Below the pieces are notes generated by a model. That model searched no databases. It was given only the letters and a program-made list of their open reading frames with translations, and had not been told where the DNA came from. The position numbers were made by a program, and so were the translations under genes. Below are positions 29,600-64,000 of a stretch of DNA of 64,000 bases, in pieces. The stretch is from the human T2T-CHM13v2.0 reference genome, Homo sapiens, in the NCBI RefSeq assembly GCF_009914755.1, contig NC_060925.1. The stretch is one strand, 5' to 3'. Each line of letters begins with the position of its first letter. Within the stretch, counting starts at the first letter, position 1.

Positions 29600-29950
29600 C
29601 ATGTAACTCTGTTCTCTTTTCTGCAGTCCCTGGGCAACTGCCAGGGGATGACTTTGGCTTTTTTAAGAGATAATAGAATAGATGTGTTCTCAGAGAAGGA
29701 AGGCCCTATGCAGATGAACTTCCTTCCTTTTGTAATGAAAAACCTCATTATTAAACCAGAAAATAGAAGCCAACTGGTTTGAGGCTTTCCCCTTGTCCCC
29801 TCAGCTTATGTAAATACTTGAGGTGTTATTTTTCCATGGCTCTGGGAAGTCCGATGACCCAACATACTTTTGCATAAACATAAATGATATATTTATCTTG
29901 AGGTTCCTCTTTCTGCAAGTTTAGAACTAACATTTGGGTGGGGGCTGTGG

Positions 29951-30250
29951 GTTTCTTTTTTTTTTTTTTGAGATGGAGTCTCACTCCGTCGCCCAGTCCA
30001 GAGTGCAGTGGCACAATCTGGGCTCACTGCAAGCTCTGCCTCCTGGGTTCAAGCCATTCTCCTACCCCAGCCTCCTGAGTAGCTGGGACTACAGGTGCCT
30101 GCCACCACGCCAGCTAATTTTTTGTATTTTTAGTAGAGATGGGGTTTCACCATGTTAGCCAGAATTGTCTCGATCTCCTGACCTCGTGATCCGCGCACCT
30201 TGGCCTCCCAAAGTGCTGAGATTACAAGCATGAGCCACCGCGCCTAGCCT
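29951..30250 (-). mobile_element. Alu (Y/Sc-like)
   Basis: TSD gggtgggggctgt. Confidence 0.9.
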
Positions 30251-31326
30251 GGGTGGGGGCTGTTTTTAAATCTTATCTCAAGTTCATGTCGGCTTTGGAG
30301 ATTTCATTAAACACGACAAGCGAGAATTTGGGATGAAGCTGATGTGCACTGAAAGCTGATGGTGTGCACACGGGAATCATAGATTATATGGCACTGGTCA
30401 CAGAGATTACATAGGTCAACTTTCCACCTTGACTCAAGAATAAAGGCAAGAAATTGTCAAAGGCAATTTTTTGTTTTTAGTTAAGACACAAAGTGATATT
30501 CTGGGAGAAAGAAAGCCAATATGAGTCTCAAAGTTTCTAGAAATTGTTTTGGGAAAAGATTTGGAAAATTAAATCATGGGGCATAAAATGCAATATTAAT
30601 AGAAAAAGAATGAAACTTCAATATGACCAAGGAGCTTTTAGATTATGCTGCAGTCTCTCTCCACAGCACATCATTCCCCTGGTTGTCCAAGCCAAATTCC
30701 TGGGAGTCAGCCTAGACTGTCTCCTTCACCTCCAGTCAATCACTACTTTTACTGTTTCCTACAAAACAAATTTTGCACCCCTCTGCTCTAGCACATCTGT
30801 TGCTCTGGCCCTCTTTTTCTAACCTACGTGATAGTCACAGCAACCAACCACCCTCCCTACCACCAGCCAGTCTCTCCTACCCTAAAGTGATTTTTTTACA
30901 CAACCACCAGGAGAATCTATCTGAAGCACAAACCTGGATATGTTGCTTGATTAAGCACTTCAGTGGCTTTCAGTTGTTATAAGATGAAGCTCCTGATTAT
31001 GGCACCAAGGCCTGCTAGGGTCTCACCCTCTCTGGACTGACATGATTTTCCAGTAAAGAGAATTTTATTCTGCAAATATACTAAATTGCTTGTAATTTCT
31101 TGAACACATGTTATTGTCTTATGCCTCTGCACATTTTCTATCAGTCTAAAGTCATTTTCTTCATTCCCCAGCACATCCTCTCTGTGTCTAATTTTCCAAC
31201 TCCATCTCCTTTTGCTCTTCTTTCTGTTCCCTCTTGCCTTCTCAAACTTCCTCCTCTTCCTGAGAGGTACTATTTATTAAATGCTTACTATGTAATTATG
31301 CTGTGCTTAAGATTTCACACATTTAA

Positions 31327-31400
31327 GTGAGCCGAGATCACGCCACTGCACTCCAGCCTGGGTGACAGAGCAAGACTCTGTCTCAAAAAAAAAAAAAAAA
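31327..31400 (+). mobile_element. Heavily 5'-truncated Alu (3' ~55 bp plus poly-A)
   Basis: 18-bp TSD aagatttcac(a/g)catttaa at 31309-31326 and 31401-31418. Confidence 0.9.
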
Positions 31401-31589
31401 AAGATTTCACGCATTTAATCCTCACGATAAGTTTATAGGTTCAAGTTTATTATATTTTACTGTTATTCCCATTATTTAAGTATTAAAAATGGGTTGGAGA
31501 GTTTGAGTGACTTAACAAAGCCTACTAATTCTTACCTGAATTTGAACTCAGCTTTTCATGACTCCACATGTCACTGTCTTAATATCTGT

Positions 31590-32035
31590 GTGCTTATCCT
31601 CCAGTAAAATTTCCCTGAATGTTTCCCTTTGCCAAGTATGGCAGTTACTTTCCAGGATGATAAGCAGATCTGTATCCTCTGCTTCTTGGGCCATAGCTAG
31701 ACTATTTTCCCACCCCTTGAGATAGGCAAGGAACTGTGATTGAATTCTGGCAGATGAAATGTGGGAAGGATGAATGCATGCCACTTTCAGGAATGGCCTC
31801 TAGAGTCTCCTGGATCATCTGCCACACACTCCCTCTTTTTGCAGAGAATTTGGAAGCCCTGAATATGGTGGTACGATGAGATGTAAGGAGCCTAGGATCC
31901 TGAATGACCATGTGGAGCAGCAGAGCCTTGCCCTTCACCCTGGGAACAAGTGATGGGATGTTTTGTTTTAGAGAGCTCCTAAGATTTCTAGGATCGTCAG
32001 TTAAAACTGCTAGTGTTACCTTCCCTAACACACAG
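31590..32035 (+). mobile_element. MLT1 (MaLR) LTR
   Basis: MLT1-like motifs (gatgaaatgtgggaagga...gccactttcagg; ggatcctgaatgaccatgtggagcag). Confidence 0.6.
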
Positions 32036-32936
32036 ACTTAGTGCCTATTAGTTCTAATGTTACTTTCATATTATATGGAAGTTATGTCTTTATGCATCTA
32101 TCTCTTCCAGTACGTTACTGGGGAAATTTCACAAAGAGAGACACTTTTCCCCCTAACCTGTATGTTGGTCAAGAGAGACACATTTTTCTGATCAAAGATT
32201 GTGTTTGGTATACCAAGTGTTCAATAAATGTTTTTTGACCTAGAAACATATCAGTAGTAAATACCAATACTAATAATTAACATGTATTGGGTGCTTATAT
32301 GAGAAAGGCACCGGCACTTACACTCATTGCTTTATATAATCCTCATAATTCACAAATGTTACTTAAGTGCTTACCATATATTGGTTTCTGTAGGATGCAG
32401 TGGGTATACATTAGTGAACAAGACAGATAAAAGTTCCTGTCTTCATAAAGCATAAATAATAGGTGAAATGATCAGATAAAGAAGTGAGAAAAAAATTAGA
32501 ATATTAGGTGGTGAAAAGTGCATTGGAGAAACATGAAGTAGAGTAGGATGAAGGAGGCTGATAAGGGTTGGGGCATGTTGCTATTCTAAACATGTGGCAA
32601 CAGAAGACCTCCTAAAAAAGACAGCATTTGAACAGGCACTGAAGGTTATGAGGTCGCAGACAGTGGCTGCCAGGGGAAGAGCATTACAGCCAGAGAGAAT
32701 GGCAAGTTCAAAAGCTTGGAAGAAGAAATGTGCTCATAGCAGCTGTACAAGGTAGGTGTTATCTTCATTTTGCACAGAAGGAAATAAAACCCCGAAAATG
32801 TAAGTAACTTGTCTAAGGGCTTATACTAATAAGTGTGACATTGTGGACTTGAACTAAATTCTCTTGAATTTAAAAATCTATATTCTGTTTTGATACACTC
32901 CCTCTGTCTGCAGCTTTTAGTAATTACACTAAAAGA

Positions 32937-32938
<2 letters not shown>

Positions 32939-32980
<42 letters not shown>
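32939..32980 (+). repeat. (AC)21 microsatellite
   Basis: Direct reading. Confidence 0.97.
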
Positions 32981-32981
<1 letters not shown>

Positions 32982-32999
32982 ATTCTAAAAGAAACATGG

Positions 33000-35879
<2,880 letters not shown>

Positions 35880-35880
<1 letters not shown>

Positions 35881-36585
35881 TGATTCATTCATTCAAAAAT
35901 ATCGATTAAACACCTACTATGTACCAGGCAGAGTTCTAGGTACTTGGGGTATATCAATGAACAAAGAGAACACAGTTTGTTGCCCTTAAGAAATCTAGTT
36001 TTTAGAGAGATGATATGCAGTAAGTGTAGTAAATCGGCAACGTTTGTTTCAAAGTATGTTTGAAAGTGATAAGCGCTATGGAAAGAAAGCAAATCAGGGT
36101 AATGGAGACTGGAGGTGCCAAAGATGGGGGGAAGTAGTTTCCAGATTTACATGTGCCTCAAAGCCTTGAGTCACCAGGGCAGACCTCAAAGCCTTGGTGG
36201 ATATCAGGGAGGAAGAGCATTCTAAGCAGAGAGCAGCCCATGCAAAGGCCTCAAACAGGCATTTACCTGATGTGTGCAAGAAGCAGTGCAGAAGGCAGCG
36301 CTTCCTCAGTGAAGTGCTAAGGGGAAGAATGGCAGAAGACTGGAGGCAATGGGAGCGATCAGGTGGAGGCTTGTGGGCACTTAGGGCATCTGGCTTTCAC
36401 TGTAAGAGAGATGGGGAGGCACTGCAGGGTTTTGAGCACAGTGACCGCAGTGCTGAGAATGGGCTGTGGGGACGAAAGGGAAAAAGAAGGGAGACACGAA
36501 GCCACCACTGTAACGGAAGTGAGCAGCACCTCAGACAAGAGTAGAATAATGGAGTGGTATAACGAGGTGGTCTTCTGGGTGTAGA
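35880..36585 (-). mobile_element. L2 fragment
   Basis: cattcattcaaaaatat...cacctactatgtaccaggca L2 3' end motif. Confidence 0.7.
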
Positions 36586-37950
36586 TATTTTAACTCTTTA
36601 TTATGGAAAATTAAAACTTGCAAAAGTAAAGAATAGTATAAGCCTCCTCTTCTTCCCATAATGTACCCTTCACTCAGCTCCAGAAATGGTGCACATATGA
36701 CTGATCCTGCTACATCTATACCTACCCACTTCCTACCCACCCTCACCTCATCGGGTTATTTCAAACCAAATCACATCATTTCATCTACTAATTTCATGTA
36801 CGCCGAATTTACGTTAATAAGCTTTAATCTAATACTTCAGTATAAGCGCTGAAAGTGAATATCCTTTTGCTTTTATAAAAACATCACTACAATAAACTAT
36901 CACTTATATCCAAAACACACAACAATTTCTTAATATTAGTATACAAATTTTTCTTAGTATTTCGTAGGTAGTTTTATTTTTTCTTAATTTGAGTCAGGAT
37001 CCAAACAAGACCCACACATTCCTTTTGGTCGACATGTCTCGTCTCATTTAATTTATATGTCTTCTATTTTTCTTTTTCTCTTTTTTTGGGGGTGATACAT
37101 GTGACAAATTCATACACTCATATAATTTGTAAAGATCAAATCAGCGTAGTTGGGATATCTGTCACCTTAAATATTCGTCTTTTCTTTATGTTGAAAATAT
37201 TCTAATTACTTTTCTTCATTTTTCTTTTCTTCTCTCTCCCTTTCTTCCTCCCTCTCTTCTTTTTATTTCATTTTTTTCCCATTTATTTGTTATAGAAGCC
37301 AGGTGATTTGCCCTATAGAACTTTTTCTCAGTTTATGTTTTGCTGGTTGCAATCCCATAATGTTATTTAAACAAATTCCTTTTCTCCATGCATTTTCTAT
37401 AAAACAAGTATTCAGTTAGAAAGACTTGAATGGATTCAGTTTTAACACTTGGGGCATGGATAATTTGTAGGTGGTATTGTACACTTCCATCAGGAGACCT
37501 CTAATATTTGGCTGCTGGTTTTTGTCAATTATTTAACCAGTAGGTGTATCATGAAATATCCATACAAATTTGTGGCTTCCTATTTCTTTTATTCCTTCTT
37601 CATTTATTGCAAGAATTATTCTCATATAAACTAATTAGTAACTCAAAGACACAGTTCCTACAAGAAAAGCAACCTTATTTCCTTTGAGAAGGGAATGGTA
37701 TTTAGAGAATAAAACCTCTCTGCAAGGAGTGCTTATTGCTAAGGGGTTGGTAATTATTTCAGTGAACAGACGTAGGAAATATTTATCTTTTTTTAAAGGC
37801 AGAGTTTATTATGAGTTTATACTAATATTTTAAGTTCAAATTTAGTTTTGGAGAGTTGGTACTTAAGTTTTTAATTTTATATTTGTGTCTCTTTTCTCTA
37901 ATGTTGCAAATCTTTGTCACTAATGACATTAACATAATTATCATTTGCTT
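36586..37950 (-). mobile_element. Old L1M 3' end fragments overlapping FCRL4 3' UTR
   Basis: L1M-like antisense 3' end; boundaries approximate. Confidence 0.55.
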
Positions 37951-38584
37951 TTGGAAGCGCAGCCTAGAGCTTGCATCTCCAGCTCTTCTGATGTCCTCTT
38001 TTAAATTCCTCTCTCTGTAAACCATTCCAGATGGGTTCTTTAATCTGCAACTGAATCCTGACAGTGTAAGCTGTGCAGGCAGAAGTGAAGGGGCTTTTCA
38101 TTGTTTGCACAGTGCCTGTGCAGCCACTCACAGTTAAACAAACTGATGCAAGTGAGTCTCCAGTGAGACAATGGTTGTAGATGTATTAAGCAGAGATCCA
38201 GGTCACCCAGTCTTTTTCATCTCTGCAAATCCCAATTCACCAAAATTTGTGCTTCTGTTTTTCATAACAGTCCTTCTCTCTCTTTATCCCCCTTCTCTAA
38301 AGCAGACCCTAGGGAATACATTAGGTCAGGCCCACAGCAAATACTACAGGGTCTTCTCTTAACTGTGGATCCTGGTCATTTTAGTGAAGTCTTTCAGAGG
38401 CCATTCCATCCCAACATCAGAGTAGACGAATGAGTATTCCTGGGAGTGAATGCATATGCATGAGAAGAATTAGAAAGCTGGAATGAGTTGATCATTCCAG
38501 GGGCCGCAAGGACTGCACTGGGCCTGGGACTTTGGACAAGGGAGAAATCACATGAGTAGGACGTTCTCGTAACTTTTCATTCTC
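36800..38584 (-). other. FCRL4: FCRL4 3' UTR (approximate), candidate poly(A) signals AATAAA 36978-36973 and ATTAAA 36828-36823
   Basis: Downstream of stop codon; hexamers seen; true cleavage site inferred only. Confidence 0.5.
37955..38063 (+). mobile_element. ERVL LTR 3' fragment, same family as the LTR ending ~33530
   Basis: Shared cagcctagagc...aaattcct...tctgc(a/c)actgaa(t/c)cctgac. Confidence 0.6.
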
Positions 38585-60980
<22,396 letters not shown>

Positions 60981-61350
60981 GGAAGCCTGCTCCAGGATTG
61001 GAGAAGGAGTTCTGAGGAGACAAGCCAGGTCAGCCCAGATTGCCAAAGCAGCACTTGCCTACACCAGCACCAGCAGTGAGCTCAGTAAGCTTCTTCTCTG
61101 CATAAAGCTGATTGAGATAATGAAGTGAAAGGGGGAAGTAGAGGAATCTTTCTGAAAACACCAAACAGCAATGTGGACCAGTGTGAGAGAATCCAGACCA
61201 CAAAAATCAAAATTTAATAGAATTAAGTACTGCTGTGACATCCTGGGGTGAATCACTTCTCAAGGCTAAAGCTACTCTAGTTTCAGAACTCTCTAGGCTC
61301 TGTCTTTCAAGGAAATCACAACCTATTCTCTCTGCTACTAGAGATGAGGT
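60981..61350 (-). promoter_or_regulatory. FCRL4: FCRL4 5' UTR and proximal promoter, IRF-Ets composite (61127-61139), GAS-like TTCAAGGAA (61306-61314)
   Basis: Upstream of ATG; motifs read directly; TSS inferred. Confidence 0.6.
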
Positions 61351-61947
61351 GAGATTGCAGGCCTATTGAAATCCACATAATCTAAGGATGTCCCTGAATA
61401 TCCCCAGAGATGAAGAATTTCTCATTCAACACAGAAAAGGCCTCCTCTGACCGCTGATACCTCTACTGGAACACCTCCAGCAGGCCGTCTGTAGACCTGA
61501 TGAAACATCTCAATCACAAGACAACTCTCACCTTGTCTGATATATATGAAAATATCCTGACTCATCAGTCCAGGGGGAAACCACAACTTTTGATCTGAGT
61601 AGAAGGCAAGCTGAGGAGTAAATTATAGCCCCATCATGCTCTTCCTAGATAATAGGCCATAACATTTTTACTTAATGTCCTAGAATCCAAAATTTGCTAC
61701 AGGAATGTCTTGGCAAATATATATTGATTGAAATACATATGCCTGGTATCTGGTGGCAGAGAGAAGAAGTTGTGATTTCCTTGAAAGACAAGAGGCTAGA
61801 GAGTTCTGAAAATATGATGGCTTTAGCCTTGAGAAGCGATTCACGTCAGGAAGTCAGAGTGGGTATTTAAATAATTCTATTAAATTTTGATTTTTGCCAT
61901 TTGGATTCTTTCACACTGGGCAACATGCTGTTTGGTGTTTTGAGAAA
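61149..61947. repeat. Inverted repeat, arms 61149-61342 and 61749-61947, 406-bp spacer
   Basis: Reverse complement of arm 2 aligns colinearly to arm 1, roughly 80% by eye. Confidence 0.92.
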
Positions 61948-61951
61948 CACC

Positions 61952-62124
61952 TAATGCTCTCCCTACCCATAACAAACCTGCACACTCTGCTCATGTATCC
62001 CAGAACTTAAAAAAAAAAATTAAGAAAAAAATGGAAAAATCCGTAGTGACGTTTTTTGGTACGTATAATATTTTGGTATGTATAACTCTTTAAAACTTTT
62101 TTATGCTATTATCTTGTGTATATG

Positions 62125-62182
<58 letters not shown>

Positions 62183-62197
62183 TAATGGCAAAAAAAA
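61952..62197 (+). mobile_element. Tiny L1PA 3' end with 5' inversion and candidate 3' transduction
   Basis: TSD agaaacacc at 61943-61951 and 62198-62206; two A tracts. Confidence 0.6.
62131..62176. repeat. (TA)23 microsatellite
   Basis: Direct reading. Confidence 0.97.
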
Positions 62198-63823
62198 AGA
62201 AACACCATGGTGCTTCAGGTATGGTGCCAGGTGCTGGAAGTACAGTGTTAATCAAGACTTGGAAAGCTTTCATTCTGGTGGAGAAGACAGCAAGTCAACA
62301 GGAAATTACATAGAAGTGAATTGTATGTAATTTCTGAGAGTCCACTAAGAGGGAAATCTGACCCAGTTCTGGGGATGCATAAGAGGCTTCCCTGAGGAAG
62401 TAACATCCAAGCTGAAAGAATATCATTCTAGGACTGAGAGATGAGCATGCACTAAGATGGAAGGCAGTTATCGTGACCATCACCATCACATCAAGATATC
62501 TGTGAATAGATAATAGACATAGGATGGATTAAGAGTGGTCTGTATTTTTCTAATATAATGTTTTTCTATATATCTGTAATAATTTATTTTCTAACTAGGG
62601 TTTGTATTGAACATCAACTATATTTTAGACAATGTCCATGGCCTTAGAAGAATAAAAAGGTGAATAAAGTGCATCTCTCTTAAAGACTTTAAAAAAGTCA
62701 ATGTGGTAAGGGCCAGAGTAGACATAGACACAAGGAACCATAAAGACATAGAGCTGTCAAGGCGGCACATGGGTCCTTTGTCTCCTTGCCGTGTGACCGT
62801 GCTGTCATCTTTCAGCTGCCTTCATTTGTCCCAGGAGGAGCAAGGGTATAAAATGGCAGTCAAGAACCTGATCTGCAGAATCCCACACATCTGGATGAAA
62901 TCTTGACTTCACCTCTTGCTAGTTGGGTGACTCTGGTCAAGTACTTAGCCTCTTTCACACTGGTAAAAAGGAGATAAAAATAATGTCCAGCTGAAGTGGA
63001 TGTTGTTATTGATGTTTGTATGAATACATTAATGACATAGAACTCTCAGCTTAGTCCCTATGCTGAGAACTATTCTGTAATACTAGAAGTAACAAGTATA
63101 ATGAACTAAAAAGCACTTTATAATTGACATAATATCCTACCAACATTTTTGTATTCCTTATAACACTGGAAAATAGTATTTAGCATGAGTTTAGAACTCC
63201 AATATTTATTGACTGACTAAGGATTGAGGGAAGTTGAAATCATATTGCCTGTTTTCTTGTTTCTACCATAAGTTTTGCTGAATGAATAGATTTCAATTAG
63301 CAAAATAAAATTTCACATTTATGATGTTATACAAGATGTCCAAACACAAAAATCATATTTATTTACAACTACTGTGTAAATGTTTAAGTTTACGTCAGTC
63401 AAGTACTATTTTTGTTGTGGTATTTAAGTCACTGACAGAAATATTTTAGTTATTGGTGCCAGAAGTGTGGTTAGTACTTTGAAACATCAGCCAGGAAGTA
63501 CATATACCATGATTTATTAAGCAATTGCTTGACTAACCAGGAACTTTTAGATTTTATATTAACAAAGGACAAAAATAATTGTTTTCAATGAGAATGTAAG
63601 AAACTGAAATTTTTAAACTTTTCTAATTTTTTTTTGAAAAACATTTAAACCTTTACAGTTTAAAAAATAAATTTTCATTTTGGGGTAATTCTAGATTTAT
63701 ATAAAATAGTAAGGATAATACAAAGAGTTCCCATATAGGAAGCCCTCACCTGTTTCAATTTCCCCTACCGTTATCATTTCACATCATGGGGGTGCATTTA
63801 TCAAAACTAAGAAACCAAGATTG

Positions 63824-64000
63824 CTACATTACTATTAATTACAGGCTTTATCCAGCTTTTTTCAGTTTTTCCATTGATACCTTTTTCCTCTTCTAGTATC
63901 CCTTCTAAGATACTACATTACATTTAGTTATCTTTGCTCCGTCTCTACATTACTATTAATTACAGGCTTTATCCAGCTTTTTTCAGTTTTTCCATTGATA
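63824..64000 (+). repeat. Tandem duplication with 121-bp period inside old L1M sequence (second copy cut by window edge)
   Basis: 63824-63879 identical to 63945-64000. Confidence 0.9.

Overview
Human (primate) genomic DNA from the Fc receptor-like cluster (1q23). The minus strand carries the 5' half of FCRL5 (promoter, two signal-peptide exons and Ig domains D1-D5; the gene continues past the left edge) and the complete FCRL4 gene. I reconstructed all 12 FCRL4 coding exons from GT-AG junctions: 1548 nt, 515 aa, four Ig domains, a TM segment, and a tail with Y451 (SLYVDV), Y463 (LVYSEI) and Y493 (VVYSEV). The rest is dense in repeats: Alu, L1, L2, MIR, LTR/ERV remnants, DNA transposons and microsatellites. 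I see no new protein-coding gene, RNA gene or CRISPR-like array. The most notable observations are: a ~195-bp inverted duplication just upstream of the inferred FCRL4 start region; an adjacent candidate L1 3'-transduction carrying a (TA)23 tract; paralogous 48-aa intron read-through tails after FCRL5 D4 and D5, with intact intronic AATAAA only after D4; an exonic AATAAA conserved in D2 of both genes; an IRF-Ets composite motif at both promoters; signs of gene conversion between two L1s that flank FCRL5 exons 1-2; and an internally inverted ERVL provirus overlapping the FCRL4 3' UTR. Repeat family names come from recalled consensus sequences, not from a database search.
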